From contig JABLTG010000118.1 in NCBI GenBank assembly GCA_016618085.1, positions 1 through 64,000 on the forward strand: a DNA stretch of 64,000 nucleotides, in the 5' to 3' direction. Origin of the DNA: Neovahlkampfia damariscottae (lineage: Eukaryota). Numbering within the stretch: position 1 is the stretch's first letter; the number at the start of each line of letters is the position of its first letter. A program made the position numbers and the translations under genes. The notes beneath the pieces are model-generated. The model was not told the DNA's origin. It did not search any database and saw only the letters and a list, made by a program, of their open reading frames with translations. Positions 1 through 11,957 of this stretch are shown piece after piece.

Positions 1-571
1 TTTTACTGGTGATATACTTTTCGTTAGATTGATCATTATTGCTCATGCACCTGTTGATGTTTTTTTTCAGTGTTTATTTTGTTTTTTCAGTTCAATTTAT
101 AAAGTTTCGGAATTTTAAAAAACTATATAGTTCACAAATGATTCCGAATGGTCACTTTTCAACAGAAAAATCAAATATTCCGTTTCAGAAGTACTTTTTC
201 TAAAAATAGATTCTATTTTTATCTGCATTTAGTTTTTAATTTTTTTTCGTGTTTTTATGTAAATTTATTCGTTTCCTAAAGGTCTTGAATTGAATAAACA
301 ACTCAAGTTTTCTCTTTTTTATCACTTCTGTTGTTGATGTTGAAGTAACATTTTTTTCTTTCCAAAATGAATCCAATTTGAGCTGTTGGACATTTTAAAT
401 ACTTGAGATCTTTTTCAGTATTTTCTAGTTGAACAAAAGGTCTTTTTTGTTCAACTTGAACAACTTCAAGTAAAAATAACTGGCAAAATTAAATCTAATT
501 GGCCACTTTTATAACAATAACCATCAATTCATTGGCCGTTGAATCACACAACTTGGTGTATTTTTCATTTT

Positions 572-898
572 TTAGATTTGGTTCATATTTGATGAAAGTT
601 TTTTCATTTTTTCAATTAATTCACGTTCTGATTTTATTAATTTTTTTTGAACATGTTCATTCGATTTTACATCTTGATTATTGAAGAATTTTGCATTCAT
701 CATTGAAGTTGCTGTTGCATTAAATGTATAAGCAGATATATTGAAATCAACATCTGGTGAATCTAAATTTTTATAAATTGATTTAGCAATTAAATTGTAA
801 TTCTCCACAACTTCATCGAAACAAAGATAAATATCTTTTGATGATTTTTGAAAACCTAATTTTTCATCAAGAATTAAAGATTTCAAATTGGTATTCAT
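572..898 (-). CDS. Hypothetical protein (start and exon structure uncertain)
   Basis: Open frame from ATG 898 (MNTNLKSL...) to TAA 572 with coding-like composition; no recognisable motif. Confidence 0.3.
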   Translation of the reverse strand: MNTNLKSLILDEKLGFQKSSKDIYLCFDEVVENYNLIAKSIYKNLDSPDVDFNISAYTFNATATSMMNAKFFNNQDVKSNEHVQKKLIKSERELIEKMKKLSSNMNQI

Positions 899-1208
899 AA
901 AGCAAAAGTCCAAATAAAAAAACAAACTTGCTTGAGTACAATTTCGTTTGTTTGAAATATAAAATATTAAAATGATTGTTGGTAACAATTTAATAATTTT
1001 GTTTTCATAATTATGAATTATGAAGATTCATAATAATTTTACAAGAAAAAAAACGAAAAATTGCAATAGGAGAATTTATTAAACATCTTTGAGTGTTTCT
1101 GTAGGGTGGAAAATTACAAGAATTAAAGATTATTTCCCTTAACTTGTTTATCTGCATTGGATTGCCCAATCAAATGCCTCTTTCAATTCAAACAAATTTG
1201 AACAGGGT

Positions 1209-2567
1209 ATGAGGTTGATTGGAAGTGAATCATTTTTTCAATCTCATGAAACATACAATGAATTTAATAATGTTCAACTTGTGAAATTAACAGGAAATAT
1301 TACCAAAAAAACATTTAAAAATGCTATTGAAAAATTGATTGAAAAATATGAACTTTTACAACAAGGTGTAGTTTTACATAACAATCAAAAATATTTTCAA
1401 AGAATAAAAAACTATAAAAGTTATTTCTTTGAAACAAATTATCATGAAATTAAAAGAAAAACTGATGAAACATGGAAACAAATATTTAATGAAGAAATTA
1501 AGAATGGTTCAAAGTTATTTGTCCAAAGAGCATTGGATTTAAACAAAGAACAAGATGAATTTAAATTTACTTGTGGATTAATGTGGAAAGTACTATTAAT
1601 ACATTCAGAAAATCAAAATGATTTTGAAGTCATTTTAACCATTGATCATACCATCGCAGATGGGATAACTATTTGTGTGATGATTGGTGAGATTATGAAC
1701 TTCATCAGAAAAATTACAAAAAATGAAAGTATTGATGAATCATATGTAAAGATTTCACCAAATTTAAGAGAAGTTTTTGCAAATAAAAGTATCATTGAGA
1801 ACGAAAATTTTTCTAACAAGGTATGTGGGTTTAAATATGATTTCAAAGAAAAAGAATACAAAGAATTGAAACAAGAGTATGTTTTCCATGAATTCAATGG
1901 TGAAAAGTTGATTATTGAATCAAAAAAGAAAAATATTACTGTAAACTCTGCTGTTGCTGCTGCAATATTTTTAAGTTATGCAAAACATTTTGTGAAAGAA
2001 GAAAATGGAAAATTCATGAGATTTTCAGCACCAATGTCATTGAGAAAATTAGCAAAATTGGAACCAAATTCCATTGGAATGTTGGCAGCATTCTTAAATA
2101 TGGAATTTGAATACAAGAAAGAAAACATAAATCAAGAACATTTTTGGGAATTAGCAGAGCAAATACAGAAGAATATAAAGTTTTCTGTTGAACAGTATTT
2201 TTCAAATTTATATTTTGATATTTTTAGGAATCATTATTTGAATTTTATTCATGCAATTCAAAGAAAAAAACAAATTTTGGAGATTTCAAATGAAACATTA
2301 TTTAATAGACAACCAAATTGTTCATTTTCAAATCGTGGAAAAGTTGATAATTTCATTGATTTTAATGGATTTAAATTACGTGGTTTCTTCAACACAACAG
2401 ATGTCACAACAAAAGGAACTCAATGGTTGGTCCATTTGACTACACTCTCAAACAGATTCTTTTTCTCATTTGCAGTGGTATCACCAATTTGGAGTACTGA
2501 AACTTTGAAGAAGGCATCAACTGATGCTATAAAAATACTGGAATCAATTCAAAATGATAATAATTAA
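1209..2567 (+). CDS. Condensation-domain/alcohol O-acyltransferase family protein (CoA-dependent acyltransferase)
   Basis: 452-aa intronless ORF. HxxxDG catalytic motif (DHTIADG), N-terminal RLIGSE and C-terminal SFSNRG typical of AATase/PapA5-like proteins. Confidence 0.7.
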   Translation: MRLIGSESFFQSHETYNEFNNVQLVKLTGNITKKTFKNAIEKLIEKYELLQQGVVLHNNQKYFQRIKNYKSYFFETNYHEIKRKTDETWKQIFNEEIKNGSKLFVQRALDLNKEQDEFKFTCGLMWKVLLIHSENQNDFEVILTIDHTIADGITICVMIGEIMNFIRKITKNESIDESYVKISPNLREVFANKSIIENENFSNKVCGFKYDFKEKEYKELKQEYVFHEFNGEKLIIESKKKNITVNSAVAAAIFLSYAKHFVKEENGKFMRFSAPMSLRKLAKLEPNSIGMLAAFLNMEFEYKKENINQEHFWELAEQIQKNIKFSVEQYFSNLYFDIFRNHYLNFIHAIQRKKQILEISNETLFNRQPNCSFSNRGKVDNFIDFNGFKLRGFFNTTDVTTKGTQWLVHLTTLSNRFFFSFAVVSPIWSTETLKKASTDAIKILESIQNDNN

Positions 2568-2655
2568 ATCTTAATTGTCTGATTCAAAATTCATTTTTCA
2601 CCAATCAATTTATTGAAAAATAAACCAATCATGAATCATCTACCAACAATTCTCA

Positions 2656-3877
2656 ATGATTAACTTAATTAAAGGATTTCCAGCTTTAGAGCTTTTACCA
2701 ACTTCAGTTTTAGAAAAAAGTACGATGGAGGCATCAAAGAAACTCGCTCAATCACAGAGTTTTGCGGGTGAAAACTTGAATTACGTTTCTAACCTTGGAA
2801 ACCCTTTTTTGAGGAAAACATTAGCTTCAAAATTCTCAACAAAATATTATGAAACATCTTCAGATTATTTTTGTATGACTCATGGCGCAACGTAAAACCA
2901 AAAAAAAAAAAAATAACACAAATTTTTTAGTGGAGCATTTTCATTAATTACAACTTTAAATTTGAAAGAAAAAGATACCATAGTCGTAGAAGATCCAACT
3001 TATTTTGTTGCACCACCAATATTCAAAGATTATAATTTTAATTTAATTTCTGTTCCACTGGAAAAAGATGGTATGAATTTGATAAAATTAGAAGAAAAAT
3101 TAAAAGAAAATAACGTAAAATTAGTTTATACAATACCAGTTTATCATAATCCAACAGGAACTATAATGTCAATCGAAAAAAGAAAAAAATTAATTGAATT
3201 ATCTCAAAAGTATAATTTTAAAATAATGGCAGATGAAGTTTATCAACATTTATATTTTGATGAACAAGAACCACCACCACCTGATTTATGCACATTTGAT
3301 AATTGTAAAACTGGAGGAACTGTTTACTCAGTTGGATCATTTTCAAAAACTATTTGTCCTGGTTTGAAGAGAAATAAAACAAAATTAAATTTTCAAAGGT
3401 ATGAGATTAGGATGGATACAAGTGAATCCAAAATCAAATTTAATTCAAAAATTCATAGATTCAGGTACTCTTTTTAGTGGAGGTGGTTTAAACTCTTATA
3501 CTTCTCTAATTATAGATACAGCAATAGAATTAAACTTATATAATGATCATTTGAAAATGCTTAAAGTAGAGTATTCTGATAGACTGACCACTTTATGTAA
3601 TGCTTTGAAAGAGTTTGATAAAAAGAAATTATTGGATTTTGAAAAACCAAAAGGAGGATATTTTCTATGGATAAAATTAAATGATCAAATTAATTTTGAT
3701 TTATTTTCAAAGAATTTAAAAAAAAATCAAGTTCAAGTTTTAATTGGAAATAAGAATTCAATTGAAGAAAATTCGTTTCCAAATTTTATTCGTTTATGTT
3801 TCGCTTATGTTGATAGAAAAGATTTAATTGAAGGATCAAAAAGAATTTGTATCTCAGCTAATGAAAGTTTAAATTAA
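2656..3877 (+). CDS. PLP-dependent class I/II aminotransferase (2-aminoadipate transaminase/MocR-like)
   Basis: Motifs INLIKGFP, EDPTY, YHNPTG, DEVY and SFSKTICPG|MRLGW (PLP lysine). Introns 2892-2930 and 3362-3398 join three ORFs in frame. Confidence 0.9.
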
Positions 3878-4592
3878 AAGTTTAATTTTTTTTTTTTAAT
3901 TGAACAATCTAAACCTGTATGATTTTTACCTCCGCATCGAAAACAATAATATCTCTTGATTTTTCTTTTTGGATATCCACAATTCAAGTGTCCTTTACCA
4001 CCACAAAAGAAGCAGTGGACTTCTGGAACGATATCAGATCTTGTTATATTCATTTCTTTTACAGGACAACTATTTTCATCATGACCTTTTCTTGAACACC
4101 AATCACAAGATTTTGATTTTTTAAAAGGACAATCCTTCAAAATTTTAGTCATTTTTTCAATATTGTTACCGCCACAACATGTCCTGGATTTAGACAAGCG
4201 TAACAAATTGCATTTGGGCATTGATATCCAAAATGTTTGGTTTGACCACAAATTGTACACACAACATTAAATTGTTTTTTATTTGTATGTAAGGCTAATG
4301 GTTTACTTTTTCCAATTTCTTCAGACTCCATTTTTTTTGATGATTCATCAAAGTAACGATTTGGAGTAACTTGAAAATTTTTTTGTTCATTTTTTTTGAC
4401 TGGTGTTTGTTTGTTATTTTCTGGTTTCTTTGGAATATCAAAACTTGGTGCGTCTATTGTTACTTCGGTTTCTTCATCGGAAATTGTTATTACATCTTCA
4501 ACTTCCTGTATGTTTTCTTTTGAAACAGAATTCTTTACAAGTTTTTTTCTTCTATTTTTATTTAAAAAATGTTTTTTTTTTGTTCTCGTCAT
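3874..4592 (-). CDS. CCHC zinc-knuckle protein, Air1/Air2/ZCCHC7-like
   Basis: Five CxxCx4H knuckles after removing intron 4135-4169 (PGHVVA|DCP); basic N-terminus. Confidence 0.75.
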
Positions 4593-4620
4593 TTATTTTT
4601 TGGTGTAGTTGAAAATTCCT

Positions 4621-4625
4621 ATTGG
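4621..4625. promoter_or_regulatory. CCAAT box in the 44-bp bidirectional spacer between the zinc-knuckle gene and ACSF2 (representative of a window-wide element)
   Basis: ATTGG lies between ATGs at 4592(-) and 4637(+); the same motif precedes nearly all genes. Confidence 0.65.
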
Positions 4626-4636
4626 TCAAAAAATTC

Positions 4637-6467
4637 ATGTTGAGAAAATTCGTTAATAACGCACTGAAAAAGAACAACTTTAGATTTTATGGAAAACTTC
4701 AAAAAAGTCACGTTTTTGGTGATACTTCAGTCCCACTGATCGAAAAAACAATTGGAAGTTATTTTGAAAACCAAGTCGAAAAATTTGAAACAAGACAAGT
4801 TCTAGTCTCAAAACATCAAAACCAAAGATATACTTGGGAAGAATTAAATGTAACTAAAAGAAAAAATTAAACTTTATTTTTAAAGGAAAAAGTAAATAAC
4901 TTTGCTATGGGTTTGATAAACTTGGGTTTTTGTAAAGGGTAAAAAAAAAATAAGAGTTTTTAAACTTTTCTATAGTGATAGATTAGGTGTTTGGATGTTA
5001 AACAACGCTGAATGGATCATTGCTCAATTAGCTACTGCAAAAATTGGAGTTATACTTGTTTGTGTTAATCCTTCTTATCGTTTACATGAATTAGAACATG
5101 CTTTAAATTTAGTAAAAGCTAAAGGTATTATACTTCAACCTTCATATTCAAAAAGTAATTATATTAATTTAATGAATGAATTATTTCCTGAATTATCAAA
5201 AGATAGTTCAAACTTTGAAAAAGTACCTTCTTTGAAACATGTTATTGTTTGTTCAGATGAAAAACATAAAGGAATGAAAAGATTTAAAGATATATACGCT
5301 CCAAATGATCAACAGTTTCTTGATAAATGTGCTCAAAAATTATTTCCAGACGAACCTATCAATATTCAAGTAAGTTTTGTTCAATTTTTTTTGATTTTAT
5401 AGTTTACTTCAGGTACAACAGGTTCACCAAAAGCAGCAACTTTAACTCATAGAAATATTTTGAACAATGGTTTTTTCATTGGTGAAAAATTACAATACAC
5501 AGAAAATGATATTGTATGCTTACCTGTACCTTTATATCATTGTTTTGGTCTTGTTTTAGGTGTTTTAGCTTGTCTTACTCATGGTTCTAGTTTTGTTTTT
5601 CCAAATTCAGGATTTGAACCAATTTCTGTTTTAAAAGCAGTTCAAGAAGAGAAATGTACATCACTTTATGGTGTTCCTACAATGTTTATTTCAGAATTAA
5701 CCCATCCAGATTTTAAAAATTATGATTTATCAACTTTAAGAACTGGTATTATGGCTGGTTCAATTTGTCCAACTGAAGTAATGAAAAGAGTTATAAAAGA
5801 AATGAATTTAACTGATATTACAATTTCTTATGGAATGACAGAAACAAGTCCAGTTTCATTTCAAACAGGAATTGATGATCCACTTCATTTAAGAGTTGAA
5901 ACAGTTGGAAAAATTCATCCTCATGTAGAATGTAAAGTTGTTGATCCTGAGACAAATGAAATTGTTGATATTAATCAACCAGGTGAATTATTGACAAAAG
6001 GATATTCAGTTATGCAAGGATATTGGGAACAACCAGATAAAACAGCTGAATCTATAACGGAAGATGGATGGATGAAAACAGGAGATATTGTAACTATTGA
6101 TGAAGATGGTTATTGTAGAATTACAGGTAGAATTAAAGATATGATTATTAGAGGAGGTGAAAATATCTCACCAAGAGAAATTGAAGAGTTTTTATATAAA
6201 CATGAAAAAATTAAAGATGTAGCTGTAGTTGGTGTTTATGATGAATTTTATGGTGAAGTTGTTTGTTCTTGGGTAATTTTAAATGAAGACTGTGAATTAA
6301 CTAAAGAAGAATTACAAGGTTATTGTAAGAATCAAATTGCTCACTACAAAATACCACATTACGTAGTTTTTACAAAAGAATTTCCACAAACAGTTACAGG
6401 TAAAATTCAGAAATTCATAATGAAAGATGAAACTGAAAAAATGATTAAAGAAGGAGTAAAATTATAA
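4637..6467 (+). CDS. ACSF2: Acyl-CoA synthetase family member 2-like, probably mitochondrial
   Basis: [15 protein letters not shown]-binding motif, [28 protein letters not shown]; presequence-like N-terminus. Introns 4850-4885, 4939-4975, 5370-5402. Confidence 0.9.
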
Positions 6468-6474
6468 TTTATTT

Positions 6475-7260
6475 TTAAAATCCACAACCACATCTTCCAA
6501 ATTGTTGAATTGATCTCACAACAACTGAACAAGGTAATAAGTCACCTCCTAAAAATACTCCTACCCATGTTGCTTTTGGTGCAATTTTACCCATACAACA
6601 ACATTTCTTATAAGCGATATCATGCATTTCATACACTAAATCTGTGAATTTTATGAATGAACCTCTTGAAGCTTCTTTCATTTCACGTTTAGTTGCATCT
6701 GATAATTGACGATGCATTTCTCCTAATTTCATTCTTACACAAGCAGCAGCAGGACTGTTCCAATCAGGATTACCACCTCCACTACAAGCACAAGTAGCAG
6801 CATTTGAATATGATTTTGGTAAAAAGTCACCACCCTAATATTTTAAAAAACATTTTTCTTTATTTTTACCATCCTATTTAAAATTAATAAAATATCTAAG
6901 ATTTACCATTCTTTTGGATTTTGTGAACCTGAAACACCTTTGTACCATCTACAACTGTCAACTGTCCATCCTTGTTGTGGTTTACATGTACAACATTGAG
7001 GTGTTACTTCTATATGACAAGGACACCAAGTTGAATTATTGACATTATTGAATTGTTTGCATGGATTAATTAAACTGCCAAGTGTGTGACACTAATAATT
7101 CAAAGTTGGTCAAATTTTTTTTTTTTACCTTTTTATCTCTAGGACACCATTTACAACCTGTTGCATCAGCACAACTTTTACAATCTCTGTAATCAGGACA
7201 CAATTTTGAATGAACTGAAAGAAAAACCAAACAAAAAACAAAAGCAAAGATTAATTTCAT
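6475..7260 (-). CDS. Secreted cysteine-rich protein with N-terminal PSI-like module
   Basis: Signal peptide MKLIFAFVFCLVFLSVHS, then CPDYRDCKSCADATGCKWCPRDKK|C. Introns 7092-7128, 6874-6906 and 6835-6869 give one frame to CGCGF*. Confidence 0.75.
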
Positions 7261-7365
7261 TGGTGGACTTATTCATTCAATTTCCGAGAATTCATTGAAA
7301 TGGGATTATTAAAATTTTGTTTCTTACATGAAAAATTCAAAGAACAAAACAAAAAAATTTCACCA

Positions 7366-8251
7366 ATGAAATTAATTATTGTTGGAATTGCTCAAGATGG
7401 AGGTAACCAATATGAAAATTTAATTCCAAGGAATTCCACAACCTCTATGCTCGAAAAAATGTTGTCAAGAAGGATGTGAAAAGAAATTAATATGTTCTCT
7501 GGCAGTCAAAGATGAAGAAAAATATTATTTTTTTGATTGTTCTCCAGATTTTAGAGAACAAATTAGTTTTTTGAACAAACAGTATAAAATGGAAAATATT
7601 GATGGTATTTTTTTGACTCACGCACACATGGGTCATTATACTGGACTAATACATCTGGGAAGAGAATCCATGAATTCTAAAAGTTTGAATGTCTTTGGAA
7701 GTAAAGAAATGAATAATTTTTTATCAAAAAATGCTCCATGGGTAATTATTGATAAATTTAATTATTGCTAGTGCCAATTAGTTGATTTAAAAAATATTAA
7801 ATTGAACACAGTACTCTCATATCAATCTTTAAAAATGTCAAATGATTTATTGATAATTCCATTTACCGTACCACATAGAGCAGAATTCACGGATACTCTT
7901 GGGTTTATAATACAAGGAAAAAACAAAAAGGCTGTTTATATTCCAGATATTGATTCATGGGAAGAAATGAATGAAAATATTGAAGATGTCATTGAAAGAG
8001 TTGATTTTGCATTTTTGGATGGAACATTTTACGATGAGAATGAAGTTTTAAACAGAGATATAACAAAAATTCCACATCCTTTTATCAAAAATAGTGTTAA
8101 AAGATTTTCAAATTTTATACAAAAATCAAAAATTTATTTTATTCATTTAAATCATACAAACCCATGTGTGAAGAAAAATAGTGAAGAAAGAATTCTAGTA
8201 GAATCACTTGGGTTTAATTTTGGAAATGAATTTGATGAATTTGATCTTTAA
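7366..8251 (+). CDS. PqqB-like metallo-beta-lactamase-fold hydrolase
   Basis: GIAQDG|GIPQ, FDCSPD, THAHMGH, VPHR, YIPDID, LDGTFY, IPHP, HLNHTNP. Introns 7403-7430 and 7742-7771. Confidence 0.85.
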
Positions 8252-8464
8252 CAAGTTAATTTGAATGTAGAAAAAAATAAAATTATCTTGTTGAGCTTAA
8301 TTCATCAAAAATTAAACAATGACTTGGGGAATTTTGTTACACTGTACATTTGATAGGAATAATTTTTTCAAGATTTTGATTTGTCAGCTTCGTTTATTTT
8401 TCGTGGGATGTTTTTATTGGGTAATTACTTCAAACCAATCCAAACAGAGAAGACCAAAACCTTC

Positions 8465-10562
8465 ATGGAAAGGATTATTCTTGCTACTGGACTTATTGGA
8501 TTAACAGGATATTATGTTTATTTGAATTATTTTAAAGCTAAACCTGATTTATTGGAATCAATCAAAGAAAAAAACTTTGGAGTTGTCAAACAAATCATTT
8601 CAGAAATACAAAATCCAAAAGATTTTATAGAAAATTCAGAAAAATCAATAGGTTATCCAATTGTAAACATTTTATGCAAAGATGGATCTTTAGAATTGAT
8701 CAAATACATTAATGAAGTTTCAGGCAAAGATGTACTTTTAAAACGGAGCTCAGATGGATGGTTTCCTTTAAATATTGCAATATTTAACCAAAATGAGGAA
8801 ATCATTCCATTTCTTCTTTCTATTTCAGATTCAAAAAATAAGTACTTGGATGATGCAGAACATTCACCATTGTCACTTTCAATTATTCAAAAGAATTCAA
8901 GAATTTTAAAATTATTATTAGAATTTTATGAAAAGAACAAAAATTTAGAAGAGATTATTGATTATCCAAATTTTAAAAAACAAACACCTTTATATTTTGC
9001 ATGTTTTGTTGGTGATACTGAATGCGTAAAAGTATTATTAGAAAAAGGATCGAATCCTTTGTTAGCTGATTTTAGAGGTAATTCACCATTACATGCGGCT
9101 TGTATGTCAATAGAAGGTGAAAAAACTCTCTCTTTATTATTGAATGAAAAAATTGATTTAAACCAAATTAAAACAGATGGTTGTACACCACTTCATGTTG
9201 CTTGTATCAAAGGTGTGAAGGATGCAGTTGTTAAATTACTTCAAAATGGTATTAATATTTATGCAACTGATTCATTTGGTTCTACTGCTTTTCAACATTC
9301 AATTGTTCATAAAAGATTAGATATTATCCCTTTATTTTTCAATGAAGAAAAATTATTTTCAATGAAAGATAAAGATGGTTTCATTCCTTTATTTACTGCC
9401 TGTAATTATCTACAAAATGAAGAATTGTTTTCTGAAATTGCTAAAAGAAGTGAAGTTAATTATGTTGATCCATTTGGTTCATCTGCGATTCATTGTGCAT
9501 GTAGTTCTTCAAATTTTATTGCAGTTAAAATTTTAATTGAAAAATTTGATGTGAATTTGTCAAATAGGAATAACAATGGGAAGACCCCTTATTTGTGTGC
9601 ATCTAATATTGATATTAAAGAATTTGTTAAAAAATTTTGCAAACCAGAGGATTTAATTCAAGGAGAGACAAAAAAAATAGAAGTTGAAACAATTACAGTT
9701 TTAAAAGAGGCAACATTAGAACATATAGGTGAATTATTGAAAAATGAAACATTTAAGAATGTCATAGTTTTAACTGGAGCTGGAATTAGTACTAATGCAA
9801 AAATTCCAGGTAAGAAATACTGAAATTATTACCAATATTTAAATAGATTTCAGATCAAAAGATACTGGATTATATGATCAATTGAGAAAGAAATTTAAAG
9901 ATGAAAATATTAAATTAACTCCAGAAAGTATATTTGACATTAATACTTTCAAAATTGATCCTAAAATATTTTATGGTTTACGTGGGGAGTTATTCAAATC
10001 ATCAAATGAAGCAGAACCAACTAAAGTTCATAAATTCATCAAATATTTGAGTGATCAAAATATTCTTTTGAGAAATTATACACAAAATATTGATGGACTT
10101 GAAAGAAATGTAGGAATACCAGAAGAGAAATTGGTTGAATGTCATGGTACTTTAAAAACATCACATTGTTTGAATCCAAATTGTAAAAAAGAATATTCAT
10201 TATTAGAGTTAAATGAATTAGTCAGTAAGAGTAATGATTCTGTTCCAAAATGTGATGAATGTGATTCAGTCATTAAACCTGATTTAGTATTTTTTGGTGA
10301 ATCTTTACCAGAAAAGTTTGGAAAGAATTTAGATTCTGATTTTAAAAAATGTGATTTGTTGATCATTATTGGCACTAGTTTGACTGTATTTCCATTTTCA
10401 ACTCTACCAAGCAAAGTGTCAAAAATGTGCCCTAGAATTTTAATTAACAAAAAAGTTGTTGGTGAATTTCAATTTCAATCAAAAACGTTGATCAATAGAG
10501 ATATCATTATTGATACAGATTGTGATGAGGCAATTGATCTTCTCACTAAAATTATCAATTAA
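8465..10562 (+). CDS. N-terminal membrane anchor + ankyrin repeats + class I sirtuin (SIR2) deacylase
   Basis: Hydrophobic IILATGLIGLTGYYVYL; ankyrin repeats (TPLYFAC, SPLHAAC, TPLHVAC); GAGIST..IP|DFRS across intron 9810-9846; TQNIDGLE, HG, two Cys pairs (Zn), FGE, GTS. Confidence 0.85.
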
Positions 10563-10687
10563 AATTTGGTTTTAAATTGAAAATTCCATTTCTTATATTT
10601 TTTTCCCAAAATCTATTCCGAAAAGAGCAACTTAATTGGATGTAAAAACTCCACCAATGAACATTATCTTTTTTTTGAAGAAAAAGA

Positions 10688-11856
10688 ATGGATTTTGAAA
10701 CTCAGTCAATAATCATCGACTCAGGATCTTTAAATTACAAATGTGGGTTTTCAGGTGAAAATGAGCCGTCAATAATTTTACCTTCTGTTGTTGGAAGACC
10801 TACGGACATAGATTGTTTGTTAGGTTTTGGTGGTAGAGATCGTTATGTAGGAGAACAAGCTTTAGACATGATTTCAATGTCAGTTGAAATGCATCATATT
10901 TATGAAAGAGGAGAAATTAGAAATTGGGATGATTTTGAAGCACTACTTCATTTTCTTTATTTCGTCAAATTAAAAATAGAACCAGAAAATGTACCATTAT
11001 TTTACCTATTGAATCCATTGATTCAAATTGCTGACAAAGAGAAAGTCTGCCAGATTGTTTTTGAAACATTCAATCAACCTGCCTTGTTTATTGATAGCTC
11101 CACTATTTATCCATTATATGCACTCGGAAAGAGTACAGGTATTTCAATAGACTCAGGAGATGGAATTACCACTGTATCAGTTGTAAAAGATGGTATTTCA
11201 AATTTAAATTATGCGCACAAAAATAATTTTGCAGGAGTTGATGTAACAAATGAATTATCAAAATCTTTTGTTGAAAAAGGATTTAATTTTCAAAAACAAG
11301 AACATCATTTAGTCAGAAGAATAAAAGAAAATTATTGTTATGTGGCTGAAGATTATGATGTAGAATTATTAAATTTAAAAAAAGAGAAAATAGAAAATAA
11401 AAGGGTGAAACTACCAGATGGAACTGAATTATATTTGGATGAATCAAGTTTTAAATCAACTGAAATACTGTTTCAACCTTACTATAATGACAAAAAATCA
11501 ATTATTGATACATTTATGAAAACTTATGATTCAATTGGAGATCAAAATTTAAAATCCACTGTTTTAGATAGTATAGTTCTTTCTGGTGGTAATACAAAAT
11601 TACCTGGTTTTTCAAAAAGATTTCAAAAAGAAATTGAAAAAGCAACAGGAGAAAATGTCAATATTCATTCAACTGAAAATCCATTAAATTCAAATTGGTT
11701 GGCTGCTTCAATGATGACAATGCAAACAAATACAAGTAAGGACTTTAAAATAATTATAATTCCATAGTGAATTCAAAATGGATAACAATGGATCAGTATG
11801 ACGAAAATGGTCCTTGTATATCTCATTCAGGCTGCTATGAACGTAATATCATTTGA
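10688..11856 (+). CDS. Divergent actin-related protein
   Basis: IIIDSGS..KCGFSGE, FETFNQP, DSGDG, LPDG, VLSGG. Intron 11736-11767 adds an actin-like C-terminus (WITMDQYDENGP). Confidence 0.85.
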
Positions 11857-11957
11857 ATACTTCGGAAATTAAAAAAATTAAATTCATTGGATCTTCGGAA
11901 TTTCTTTTTCTATTTTAAAAAATTGAGAAAAATAATTTGACCAATAAAAAAAAAATA

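Noticed and set aside
1..560. Possible gene start at ATG 46(-) and a short minus-strand frame at ~265-470
   Set aside because: Too short or truncated, with no recognisable motif.
4135..4260. Overlapping zinc-knuckle ORFs as a retroviral gag or programmed frameshift
   Set aside because: A 35-nt GT-AG intron explains the frame change; no pol or LTR nearby.
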